DNA from: Hemiscyllium ocellatum
Lineage: Eukaryota
Assembly: GCF_020745735.1 (NCBI RefSeq)
Contig: NC_083427.1
Coordinates: forward strand, 1,333,438 to 1,397,437
Direction: 5' to 3'
DNA length: 64,000 bases
Under the pieces are notes generated by a model. The model was not told the origin of the DNA and searched no databases. It was given only the letters and a program-made list of their open reading frames with translations. Both the position numbers and the translations under genes were made by a program. Of the stretch, positions 1-11,679 are shown one piece after another. Each line of letters begins with the position of its first letter. The stretch's first letter is position 1.

Positions 1-1989
1 AGCTTCTAACATTGCAAACTGACTTGTGCCATTTCTTGCTCGCTGTCTCAAAATGTTTTGATAAACTTGTTAAATGTGATGCATTGTTATTCTAAATGAT
101 TTCCCCAGCATTGGAGATGAATTGCAACAGTCAACACAGAATGTCAGTTATTTGAATGACATTTTCACTTTGGACGCAGGGATAATGTCACGAGGGGACA
201 GGCAGGTCTCGGCCCGCAGCTGCAACTGTTTAGGCAGGACCGTTTCGCTGTTGCATGTCATTTCCCTGCTTTTCCCCTTCCTTCGATTTGCCGATTAATT
301 GCATTTTCTAGAATGCTGCTTGTATTCTCTGTCATAAAAACTGTTGGAAAATAAGTGTTCTATTTATTTCTTCTCTGTTGCGTTTGACAGCATGATTTGT
401 CAAACATTCATTTCTTGCATGACTAACTTTCACTTTGTAAATTATTTTATTTTCGAAAAAGTTACAGGACCTCGTCCTCTCTCTTTCTTTTAACTCACTG
501 GTTAGCTTCCTATCATATTCTGATTATGCAATCTTTCTTTCTTAATTTTCAGACATTTCATTTCCGAACATTTTAATATTCTGTCTAATTTTCTGACTTA
601 CCATCTATTTATCCACAATCACACACGTTTTCCTGAATGTAGATATTATCGTAAACCACATAAACCAGTTCTGAAACTTGGAATATTCCTTACTCTTTGG
701 AATGTACCTATTTAAGTGATCTGAAATGTCTCCTGACATGTTTGCCACTTTATCATGTTCGAATTCTCCTCCATCTGATTTTCCAGTTCACTTCAGCCAG
801 CTCTGATTTCGTGTCCACAGAATATGATTTTTATTTAAAAAAAGAACCGTTGTCTATCTCTCACATTGATTGTATTATGCAATGGAGTTATTGTTGCTGA
901 TCCATAAGAGCGCCTTTCCAGTGAGATAATGAGTTAATCCAATTTCATTCCACCATTGCAGGATGTTCAATATAGGTTGAAAACTTGCGATTCGAATGAA
1001 TGATTGCAAGATCTATTTTGATGAGCTGTCTTTGCCCATCTAACTTTCGCAGTTATTTTACAGATAATAGCTTGCATAATGATTTTTTGATTTTCTGACA
1101 AGCTGTTGCAATGCCTTCCTTTATGTTCTCCCTATTATATTGTTACACATGTTGACCCAAACAATGCTCCCACAAATGACTTCTTGAAATGGCAATTTTT
1201 CAGCTTTACTCAAACCCATTCCACGGGCTGCTTTTCTGAAATGGGGTCACCTCTCTCCCTTTCATAAAACAAGAACAGCAAACTCTGAAGAAATTCAGCC
1301 TTCCTGGAAGCATTGGTGGAGAGAAAGAGACAGAATATGCCTCCGGTCTGATGTGACTCTCTGAATGAACTGTAGAACTTGTATAGGTTTCCTACCCCAC
1401 CCCTCCCCGTCATTTCTACATCATCTGCACGAATCCAATCTATATCATCTTGTGGGAAGGATAATGTTGAAGGCCAAGAGTAGTTTCATCACCTATTGGC
1501 CTCTGTATATGCTGACTGTCAGCATGGACCTCACTAATGGCAATTCGAACTAATGTAACTCTGTTACTTGCTGGAAACTATCACAAATTGATGCTTTCGC
1601 ACCGCATGACGGAGAAGACATAAGCATATGCGTGAGAACATCAGTGTGCAGATGGAATCAGTTATTATGTAGGGTATGTTGTTCCCAAGACTGATATACA
1701 TAGTCATTGCCATGGATGTTATTTATAACATTTGATATCTAAATTTACAGCAAAATGATGCAGTTTGTTGACAGTGTGCTTGCTGGAGAGCACGGAACAG
1801 TGGTCATGTGTAAAAGATTCAAAGAATGTAATCAACTCAATATTTCACTCGCGGGTTGATAGCTGCTGCATTCGTGTATTATTTCATTATAAAATTTCAC
1901 ATGCGATATCTTCTCGTGTTATTGATGACGTGACTGTTGAGTATTGGTAGACATTGGGGATTGATTAGAAGTCAGCAATAGCCCAGTTC

Positions 1990-2400
1990 ATAAAGCAAGA
2001 GATTGTTAATCTCGGGCTTTTGTAATAGCAAAACCATGGCTGTCGTTGAATTTGAACAAATGGAAGAGAAAATAAATTCAAAAGTATTGTCTGACTTTGA
2101 GATGAAACGTTGATGGAGGAACAAGAAGTGCAATTCAGGATCTGGGCAGCAGAGCTCAGATCAGATTTACTTGAATGATTTTGAAGATGGGATCCCAGCA
2201 CTGAGAATTGCAGAATAATCTAGAATACCTTTGAAAAGCTTGGAATTTCTGTTCACAGGTCAGCTGAGGTATTTTCGAGAGAGTAATTGATTTGATGGAA
2301 CAAGCAGGTATTCCTGCTGATGGCTGTATTAAGTAGTCTGGTGAGTATAACACGGTCATGAGTAAACACCAAATTGTGAACAGTGTAGTCAGCTGCATTG
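1990..2400 (+). mobile_element. Highly decayed CR1-type RT fragment
   Basis: Residual QGSVLG-like and LYKxMV-like segments. Confidence 0.45.
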
Positions 2401-2409
2401 GTGTAGAAC

Positions 2410-4620
2410 ATATTTGTTCACGTTAGCGGTGGAAAGGGATAGATATATAGGCCAGGAGTCATATCTGGGTAGAAGCAACTTTGATGCGATTAGGCAAGAT
2501 TTAGGAAGCATAGGATGGGGAAGGAAACTGCAGAGGACCAGCACAATTGAAATCTGGAGCTTATTCACGGAACAGCTACTGTCTGTCCTTGTTAATTATA
2601 TACATGTCAGGCAGGATGGAAGTTGTCGGGCGAGGCAGCCGTGGTTAAGTAACGAATTTGAGTCTCTTGCCAAGACAAAGAAGAGGCTTATGTTGGGATG
2701 AGACGTGAAGTCTCAGTTGGAACACTTGCGAGTTACAAGTTAGCCAGGAAAGACTCAAAGAGGGAGCTAAGAAGAACCAGGAGGGTACATGAGAGGTCAT
2801 TAGTGGATGGAATGAGGGAAAACCCTGAGGCTATCATTCGGTATATCAGGACTAAAAGAGTGACTCGAGTAAGATTAAGGCAATGAAAGGTAGGAGTCAG
2901 AAGTTGTGAGTGGAGTCAGAGGAAATAGAGGAATGGCTAAATGAAACTTTTCCGTCAATCTTCACACAGGGAAAATACTATGTTGTTGAGGAGAATACAG
3001 AGATACAGGCCACTAGCCTAGATGGGATTGCGGTTCACAAAGAGGAGGTGTTTGCAATTCTGGAAAGTTTGAAAATAGATAAGTCCACTGGGCCTGATGG
3101 GATTTATCCTCGGATTCCCTAGGAAGCCGGAGAGGGGAGTGAAAAGCCTTTGGCTTTGATCCTGGTGTCTTAATTATCTACAGGAATAGTGCCAGAAGAC
3201 TGCGAAGTAGCAAATGTCGTTCCCTTGTTCAAGAAGATGAGTACAGTCAACTCTGGTAATTGTAGAGCAATGAGCATTAGTTCGTTTATGGGTGTAGTGT
3301 AGGAAAAGATGGTAAGAGATAGAATGTATAATCATCTGGAGTGGATGAAGTTCATTAGGGACAGTAGATACGGTTTTGTGAAGGGTAGGACATGTCTCAC
3401 AAATCTTACTGAGCGCTTTGAGAAAGTGACAAAACAAGTGGATGAGGGTAAAGCGTTTGACGTGGTGTTTTTGGATTTCAGTAAGGTATTTGATAAGTTT
3501 CCCACGGGAGACTATTTCAGAAAATGCAGAAGCATGGGATTGATGGTGATCTAGTGGTTTCCATAAAAAAATGACCAGATGAAAACAGACAGAGGTTGAT
3601 GGTTATGAGAAATATTCGTGCTGGAGTTCATTTAATAGTCGTGTATCACGACGATCTGTTTTGGAGGCACTGCTGTTTGTCATTTTTATAAATGACCTGG
3701 ACGAGGGTGCAGAAGGATGGGTTAGTAAGTTTGCAAATGAAACTAAGGTTTGTAGAGTTGTGGATAATGATTAAGGATGTTGTGGATTGCATTGAGACAT
3801 AGATAAGCTGCCGAGTTGGGCTGAGAGATGGAAAATGGAATATAATGCTGAAAAGCGTGAGGTGATTCACTTTCGAAGGAGGGACAGGAATGCAGAGCAC
3901 TGTGTTCATAGCAATATTCTTGGTACGTGTGGATGCACAGAGAGATCTTGGTGCCCATCTCCGCACATCTCTGAAAGTTATCAACCAGGTTGATAGGTTT
4001 GTTAAGAAGGCATACAGTGTATTAACTTTTATTAGTGGAGGGATTGAGTTTCGGAGCCAAGAAATTATGCTGCAGCTGTGTAAAACTCTGGTGCGGCCGC
4101 ACTTGGAGTACTGTGCAGAGTTATGATCACTACATTCTAGGAAGGATGGAAAGAGTTCAGAGGAGATTTATTAGAATGTTGCCTGGTATGGAGGGAAGAT
4201 CTTACGAGGGAAGGCTGAGGGACTTGAGGCTGTTTTCTTTCCAAAGAAGAAGGTTGAGAGGTGACTTAATTGAGACATATATGATAATCAGAGTGTTAGA
4301 CAGGGCGAATAGTGAGAGCCTTTTACCTTGGATGGTGACGGCTAGCACAGGGGACATAACTTTACATTGAGGAGTGACAAATAAAGGACAGACTTCAGAG
4401 ATATTTTCATTATTCAGTGAATAGTAGAGGCATGAAACGGCCTGCGTGCAACAGTAGTAGAATCGCCAAAGTTAAGGGCATTGAAAGGGCCATCGGATAG
4501 ACATATGAATGAAAATGGAATAATGTAGGTTAGATGGGCTTCAGAACAGTTTCACAGATCGGTGCAATATCGAGAGATGAAGGGCCTGCATTGCACTGTA
4601 ATATTCCATATTCTATGTTG
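2410..4620 (+). mobile_element. CR1-type LINE, 5'-truncated and decayed
   Basis: RT motifs in ORF fragments (KSTGPDGIYPRI; GFVKGRTCLTNL; VVFLDFSKVFDK; QRDLGAH; KTLVRPHLEYC; RRRLRGDLIETY); ttctatg-type tail. Confidence 0.92.
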
Positions 4621-5029
4621 TATAAAAAGAAAATGTGGTCTCGTTCCCTGACAGGAATGCTTTAAATTTACGAGATCCAATCAAAAATTAAATGGAAAGA
4701 AATCCATTTGTCTGTATTGAGAGCACAGGGAATTGTTTTTGAAAAGAAAAACGTCCAAATTAAGGGAAATATTAAGCGATGTCAATTTATGATCAAGATA
4801 AATGTTAGGTTCAAGGAATTTGGCTCCAGAAGGAGGGAAGTTCACAGAAGCAGTGGGTACATTATGCAACACCAAGGCGCGTAACATTTTGAAAGGTAAT
4901 TTTAGGAAAAAAATGAGGTTGTGGGAATTAAGAATAAGATTTCGGCTATAAAATAGGCGTGAACTGTTCATTTCTACTTCCTGGTGAAATTCTGACAACT
5001 GTGATAGAAATCACAGTTCGACGATGGGG

Positions 5030-5372
5030 AATTGATCTATGTGTGCTGCCAACTTGTACAACGTGTTGGCGAGAACCGGGGAAACAGTCTGAGGATTCGA
5101 ACTGGACCATTTAGGAGAAATTTGAGAAGACATTTGTTCACCTAAAGAGTGGTGAGAATGTGGATTTCATTACCACAAGAAGTAGTTGATACTAATATAT
5201 TGAATGTGCAAAACAAGGGGCGAGACGGAGCACTTGGAGGGAACAGGATAAAATGTTGTGGGGAGAAAGCAGGATTAGGCTATTGATTTGGACGATGAGT
5301 AGGATCATGAAGAATGTCAGAGCAGGCTCGAAGGTCTGAATGGCCTGCTCCTGTTCCTATCTTCTATGTTTC
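5030..5372 (+). mobile_element. CR1-type LINE 3' end
   Basis: Similar to the 3' end of 2410-4620; ends tcttctatgtttc. Confidence 0.75.
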
Positions 5373-6021
5373 CATTTTTTGATACCGTGGAGAATTTACT
5401 TGAGTAAGAAACAATTTTGTTCCCTCAAGTACTTGAACAAGGCCTCCAGATTCCTTTTGTCTCTGGTGTGTAAACGCACTTCTGTTGACTTGTCAAAACC
5501 ACAATGATGTCAAAATGAAAAGATTTCTCAAAATTATTTCCTGATTATTACATGAGATCAAATTGTCTCGTTAGCAACAAATATAAAACAGATTATCGGA
5601 AATAAATAATTAATATTTCAATACTTGGTTTTTGTTTTAACATAGAAAGAAATGCTTTAAGAAGTAGATGGGACAAGGTTTAGGGAGCCGTATACAGAAC
5701 GTCGAGTCTCGGAGGCTGAAAGTACATTGATTAGTTTTTGGACAGTTGAAATGAGGAATTCTTCAGAGGTTAGTGCATCAACACAAATGTCTCACACGAT
5801 TTCAGCTCGAGGAAATGTTAGAGTTAGAGTTGAGTGAAGTAATTGAGAGGTTGAGTAAAAGGAAGAGAATTCTGAAATCGAAGGATTGTTTGACATGACG
5901 AAATTATATCACAAAGCAGAGAGCCGGTCCTGCGTACTTGGCCTGAGATTAAGACATTCGCTGCTGAAAATGTGTTGCTGGTCAAAGCACAGCAGGCCAG
6001 GCAGCATCTCAGGAATAGAGA

Positions 6022-6057
6022 ATTCGACGTTTCGAGCATAAGCCCTTCATCAGGAAT
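6022..6057 (-). ncRNA. Minimal hammerhead ribozyme motif, antisense twin in the left arm
   Basis: Exact reverse complement of 8026-8061. Confidence 0.75.
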
Positions 6058-8025
6058 GAGAGAGAGTAGCCAAGCAGGCTAAGATAAAAGGTAGGGAGGA
6101 GGGACTTGGGGGAGTGGCGATGGAGGTGGGATAGGTGGAAGGAGGTCAAGGTGAGGGTGATAGGCTGGAGTGGGGTGGGGGCGGAGAGGTCAGGAAGAAG
6201 ATTGCAGGTTAGGAGGGCGGTGCTGAGTTGAGGGAACCGACTGAGACAAGGTGGGTGGAGGGGAAATGAGGAAACTGGAGAAATCTGAATTCATACCTTG
6301 TGGTTCGAGGGTTCCCAGGCGGAAGATGAGGCGCTACTCTTCCAGCCGTCGTGTTGTTATGTTCTGCCGGTGGAGGAGTCCAAGGACCTGCATGTCCTCG
6401 GTGGAGTGGGAGGGAGAGTTAAAGTGTTGAGCCACGGGGTGGTTGGGTTGGTTGGTCCGGGCGGCCCAGAGGTATTCTTTGAAGCGTTCCGTAAGTAAGC
6501 GGCCTGTCTCACCAATATAGAGGAGGCCACATCAGGTGCAGTGGATGCAAGAGATGATGTGTGTGGAGGTACAGGTGAACTTGTGGCGGATATGGAAGGA
6601 TCCCTTGGGGCCTTGGAGGGAAGTGAGTGTGGAGGTGTGGGCGCAAGTTTTACATTTCCTGCGGTTGCAGGGGAAGGTGCCGGGGGTGGAGGCTGGGTTG
6701 GTGGGGGGTGTGGATCTGACGAGGGAGTCACGAAGGGAGTGGTCCTTGCGGAACGCTGATAGGGGAGGGGAGGGAAATATACCCTTGGTGGTGGGGTCCG
6801 TTTGGAGGTGGCGGAAATGACGGCGGATGATACGTTGTATGCGGAGGTTGGTGTGGTGGTAGGTGAGAACCAGTGGGGTTCTGTCTTGGTGGCGGTTGGA
6901 GGAGCGGGGCTCAAGGGCGGAGGAGCGGGAAGTGGAGGAGATGCGGTGGAGGGCATCGTCGATCACGTCTAGGGGGAATCTGCGGTCCTTGAAGAAAGAG
7001 GCCATCTGGGCTGTGCGGTGTTGGAACTGGTCCTCCTGGGAGCAGATGTGGCGGAGACGAAAGAATTGGGAATATGGGATGGCGTTTTTGCAGGGGGCAG
7101 GGTGGGAGGAGGTGTAGTCCAGGTAGCTGTGGGAGTCAGTCGGTTTATAATAGATGTCTGTGTTGAGTCGGTCGCCCGAGATAGAGATGGAAAGGTCTAG
7201 GAAGGGGAGGGAGGAGTCTGAGACAGTCCAGGTGAATTTGAGGTCGGGATGGAAGGTGTTAGTAAAGTTGATGAACTGTTCAACCTCCTCGTGGGAGCAC
7301 GAGGCAGCGCCGATACAGTCATCGATGTAGCGGAGGAAAAGGTGGGGGGTGGTGCCAGTGTAGTTATGGAAGATGGACTGTTCCACATATCCTACGAAGA
7401 GGCAGGCATAGCTGGGGCCCATGCGGGTGCCCATAGCAACTCCTTTAGTTTGGAGGAAGTGGGAGGATTGAAAAGAGAAGTTATTCAGGGTGAGGGCCAG
7501 TTCAGTCAGTCGAAGGAGGGTGTCAGTGGAAGGGTACTGATTGGTGCGGTGGGAAAGGAAGAAGCGGAGGGCTTTGAGTCCTTCGTGATGGGGGATGGAG
7601 GTGTACAGGGACTGGATGTCCATAGTGAAAATAAGGCGTTGGGGACCGGGGAAGCGAAAATCCTGGAGGAGATGGAGGGCGTGGGTGGTGTCCCGAACGT
7701 AGGTGGGGAGTTCTTGGACTAAAGGGGACAGGACCGTGTCGAGGTATTGGGAGATGAGTTCCACCTGGGAACCCTCCAACCACAAGGTATGAATTCAGAT
7801 TTCTCCAGTTTCCTCATTTCCACACCCCCCACCTTGTCTCAGTCGGTTCCCTCAACTCAGCACCGCCCTCCTAACCTGCAATCTTCTTCCTGACCTCTCC
7901 GCCCCCACCCCACTCCAGCCTATCACCCTCACCTTGACCTCCTTCCACCTATCCCACCTCCATCGCCCCTCCCCCAAGTCCCTCCTCCCTACCTTTTATC
8001 TTAGCCTGCTTGGCTACTCTCTCTC

Positions 8026-8061
8026 ATTCCTGATGAAGGGCTTATGCTCGAAACGTCGAAT
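8026..8061 (+). ncRNA. Minimal type I hammerhead ribozyme motif (PLE terminal repeat)
   Basis: ATTC-CTGATGA-A-GGGC(TTAT)GCTC-GAAA-C-GTC-GAAT: catalytic boxes intact, helix I ATTC/GAAT, 4-bp helix II, palindromic ACGT helix III, GUC cleavage triplet. Confidence 0.75.
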
Positions 8062-8289
8062 TCTCTATTCCTGAGATGCTGCCTGGCCTGCTGTGCTTTG
8101 ACCAGCAACACATTTTCAGCTGTGATCTCCAGCATCTGCAGACCTCATTTTTTACTCTGAGATTAAGACACTGCAGAAGGTGATTAGAAGACCCAAAGTT
8201 AGAAATTGGGAGTTTGGTCAGGGATGCATTTTCTAGATTGTACAAATTTGTCTTCATGTTTGAGCAGTAGATAAGCTCACCGTCAAATC

Positions 8290-9270
8290 AGACAGTGAAG
8301 TTAGATATAAAAATAGGTTGTCTTAACGAGGAAGTTGAGTGGCGACCATTTGGAGGTTTATAAAATCATGAGAACAATGTAAAAGGTAAATATTAAAGTA
8401 CATTCCCGATGGGATATGAGTCCAAATCTGGAATGGATAGTTTTAAGGTGAGATGGAAAAGATTTAAAGGAATCTGTGCTTCAGGTTTTTTTTTGCACAG
8501 AGCGTGGTGTGTATATGAAATGACCTTCCAGAGAAAGTGGTAGATGTCGTACTGTAACAAAATTTAAATGATTTTCGGAAGGTAAATGAAGAGGAAATGT
8601 TTGTAGAATATGGACCAAGTATCAGCAAATGAAGAAGGCCCTTGGAATGCTGTCTGTTATTGGTCAGTGCACTGAGTATGAGTTGGTAGGTCATGTGACA
8701 GCTGTACACGATATTGCTTCGGCCGCTTTTGGAATATTGTCTGTAGTGCTGGTCTCTACAGCTTTCGGAAGAACGTTCTGAAAATTGAAAGACTTCAGAA
8801 ACGATTTACAAGGATGTTTCTAGGGTTCACGGATTTGAGCTATAAGAGAGCTGAATTGGCTGGGAGTATTTCCCTTGGTGCGTCAGAAGCTGATTTGTGA
8901 CCATATCGAAGTATATAACATTATGGATGGTAATGAGAACTTAAATAGACAATGTATTTTCCCCTGTGTGAGGGAGTCCAAAGATGGAGGGTGAAGGATT
9001 AAGGTGAGAGCGGAAGATATGAAAGACTTCTAAACGATAGTTTTTTTTTCTCACTGAGGATGGTGCATGTATGGATTGAGCTACCAGTTGGAGGTTTGCA
9101 AAATTCCATGATTCAAATCGCATTTGAATGGGTAAATGAATAATAAGGGTTTAGAAGGACATAGGCCATGTGCTGGCAAATGGGACAAGACTAATTTCAG
9201 ATATCTGGTCGGCATGGAAGAATTTGACCAAAGCGTTTGACTCTTTGTTATCAATGATTCTATGACCCAA
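8290..9270 (+). mobile_element. Two adjacent CR1-type LINE 3' fragments (~8290-8640, ~8650-9270)
   Basis: Decayed late-RT and 3' UTR segments; tail gattctatgac. Confidence 0.75.
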
Positions 9271-9552
9271 ATGTCACATGTTCAATTTAGAAAAACTGTT
9301 CAGCGTGGACGAATTTGACTGAAATGTTTCTTTCTGCTCCTTGGACTCTATCAGTCGAACAAGTGTGGAGCTCACCTCAAGGTTAAATATGATGCCAACG
9401 TTACAAGGAACCTCATATAGCAACATGATGTTCTGATACAATAATAATCTTATTTTTTGGGTATGATTTGAGAGTAATCGATTGTACATGACATCACCGA
9501 AACAATGTAGCCATCTATACACAAGAGAGTAAGTCTTAATTTGTAATTTTAG

Positions 9553-9873
9553 GCATACAGCCTTCTCCACCAGTCATCAGTCTACACTACTCTGCAACTG
9601 AAGAACAGAGGGCAAACAGATTTCTTCAGCTGATTTGTCTCATCACCGGGTACTATCCTGAAAGAATTGCATTGACCTGGCAGAAGAACGGAAATACCAT
9701 AAGTTCTGGCGTTACAACTACGTCTCCAACGAAAACAGCGACCAATGATTTTAGCTCTACAAGTTTGCTGAAAGTGCCACTGCAGGAATGGAACAGCGGC
9801 TTTGTGTACAGTTGTCAAGTTTCTCATTCTGCTTCCAATAGTAACCAGAGAAAAGAAATTAGTTCAACATCGG
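9553..9873 (+). CDS. IgNAR: IgNAR constant domain C1 exon (321 nt, phase 1-1)
   Basis: Acceptor ttgtaattttag, donor TCG G|gtaaga. Translates (G)IQPSPPVISLHYSATEEQRANRFLQLICLITGYYPERIALTWQKNG...YSCQVSHSASNSNQRKEISSTS: C1-set Ig fold with both Cys and Trp, closely matching shark IgNAR C1 as I recall it. Confidence 0.97.
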
Positions 9874-10984
9874 GTAAGAAAACTAAACAAACTCACAAGC
9901 TCACATTCATTACCATAATCAGTTTTGTCATAAATATTAGACAAGATGGAAAATTATTTTGTTGGTTTATTACTGCGGATGAAGCATTCTTGAATTAGTT
10001 GCAGTGAGTAATATCAATGGGAATTTGTAGTCCAGAGAAATGTTACAGCAAAAATGAGTCAAAATGAACCAGGTACCTAAACCCACTCTTTCAAAAAGAT
10101 AGTTGAGAATAACCTATGAAATTATTTCCCTTTGCTCTGTATAGGTCTGACCAAAATAACCAAAGTTCTTGGAAAAAGACAGAGGAAAAAGACAGATATA
10201 GAGCCATTATGAAGAAAGCAAGTGAATGAGAGAGATTAGTGAGCAAACCTCTTAACTGACAAGTTTAGGCAGAGTTTCTGGATATGCTCGCTATTCAAAA
10301 TTCTTTATACAACGTGGTAGTCCCCCGCTTTTTCTTATTTTCCGAGTCAATTCAGAGTAGCAAAATAAAGCCTTGACACTGCACACACTTCATCACAAAG
10401 GAATCATTTTCAACAATGCGTATTTCTAAAGCTGTGGCTAGTGAGGATTTAGTATTGTCTGTTGCCGATTGTTGCCATGCAATTGTAGAAAGGATGTATT
10501 GGGGGGTTGGGGGGTGGGGGGAGGTGAGAATGTTCAGAGTAGCTTAGGGGAGAGATAAGTTGTCTGGTGGAACAGAGATAGAAATTTGTTATTGGAAGGG
10601 GTGCGACATAAACAACAGGCATGCGCCAATATGTTTATTTGGAACATTTATTACATAGATCATTTTTTAAGCAGGACTTTAAAATACCCATTGGTGATAA
10701 CGATCTCAATGACCTTCTGTGCTTAAAATGCATCGACCATCACAATGTAGTAAATTTTCTCCGTCTCTACCTGTCTACCTTGCTCTACAACTCTCTTTTA
10801 TTCCTGTCAGTTTTTTTCTCACACACAAACAAACCCAGGACACACGAAAGAGAGAGAAAGAGGGAGAGAGACGGTTGCATTTTTCATCCCTTCCTTGTTC
10901 ACTGATTTTGACATTCTTGTTGCGCTCCTGATTACATTATTGGATCACGGAACAGAATCTGAATCTCGGATTTCTCTCTGACAG

Positions 10985-11281
10985 AGATAGCTGTATTATT
11001 AAGGGAGCCATTGGTTGAAGAAATCTGGATCAATAAAAGTGCCATTCTGGTTTGTGAAGTGCTTTCTACAGTTTCCAGTGGGGTAGTTATCTCTTGGATG
11101 GTGGATGGAAAGGTGCGGAATGAAGGCGTTCAAATTGAAGCAGCGAACAGAAACCAATATGTGACAATCAGCCGCTTGACGAGCACCGTGGACGAGTGGC
11201 AGAGTGGGGTGGAATACACATGTTCTGCAAAACAGGATCAATCATCACCCGCAGTATCAAAACGAACAAGAATGGCAAGAG
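10985..11281 (+). CDS. IgNAR: IgNAR C2 exon (297 nt, phase 1-1)
   Basis: Acceptor tctctctgacag, donor AGA G|gttggt. (E)IAVLLREPLVEEIWINKSAILVCEVLS...SWMVDGKVRNEGV...EWQSGVEYTCSAKQDQSSPAVSKRTRMAR. Confidence 0.96.
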
Positions 11282-11361
11282 GTTGGTGACAAGAACAATG
11301 TATTTGTACATGTCATTTAATGAGCGAGGAAATACTAAAAATGTATGTACTTCTATTACAG

Positions 11362-11679
11362 TTAAATCAATGAAGCCATATATCCGTCTCCTGCCTCCAT
11401 CACCAGAAGAAATTCAGAACAGCAGCTCTGCTACTCTCACATGTTTGCTGAGAGGATTCTATCCTGACAAAATAAGCGTTTTCTGGGAGAAAGATGGAGC
11501 TTCTGTCAACGAGAACATCACCAATTTCCCCACTGCTCTGGAACAGGACCTGACCTACAGCGCACGGAGCCTCCTCATTTTACCTGCAGCGGAATGGAAG
11601 AGTGGCGCAAAATACACCTGTACTGCCTCGCATCCACCTTCACAGTCCACTGTGAAAAGGGTCATCAGAAGCCCGAAAG
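11362..11679 (+). CDS. IgNAR: IgNAR C3 exon (318 nt, phase 1-1)
   Basis: Acceptor ttctattacag, donor AAA G|gtaagg. (V)KSMKPYIRLLPPSPEEIQNSSSATLTCLLRGFYPDKISVFWEKDG...EWKSGAKYTCTASHPPSQSTVKRVIRSPK. Confidence 0.97.

Larger units (their letters stand above)
5957..8156 (-). mobile_element. Young 5'-truncated Penelope-like retroelement (RT + GIY-YIG) with inverted terminal copy and 14-bp TSD
   Basis: ORF 6532-7785 has PLE RT motifs (DIQSLYTSIP, GVAMGTRMGP, RYIDD). Past a TGA stop the frame continues CGLLYIGETGR (GIY-YIG), with a later TAG. Inverted arms ~5963-6324 / ~7759-8120. Direct repeat CTGAGATTAAGACA at 5943-5956 and 8157-8170. Confidence 0.93.

Noticed and set aside
5627-5665. Perfect RSS nonamer GGTTTTTGT, possible J-RSS
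   Set aside because: No CACTGTG-like heptamer at 12 or 22-23 nt, and no GxGTxVTV J motif follows.
6357-7783. Pro/Gly-rich ORFs of 60-199 aa overlapping the PLE
   Set aside because: Alternate-frame and antisense shadows of the GC-skewed element.
1-9552. IgNAR V, D and J segments
   Set aside because: No YYC-type V end, RSS-flanked D or J motif found; they should lie upstream of the window.
9874-9998. C1 read-through peptide GKKTKQTHKLTFITIISFVINI...
   Set aside because: No tailpiece or TM signature; hydrophobicity is explained by T-rich intron.
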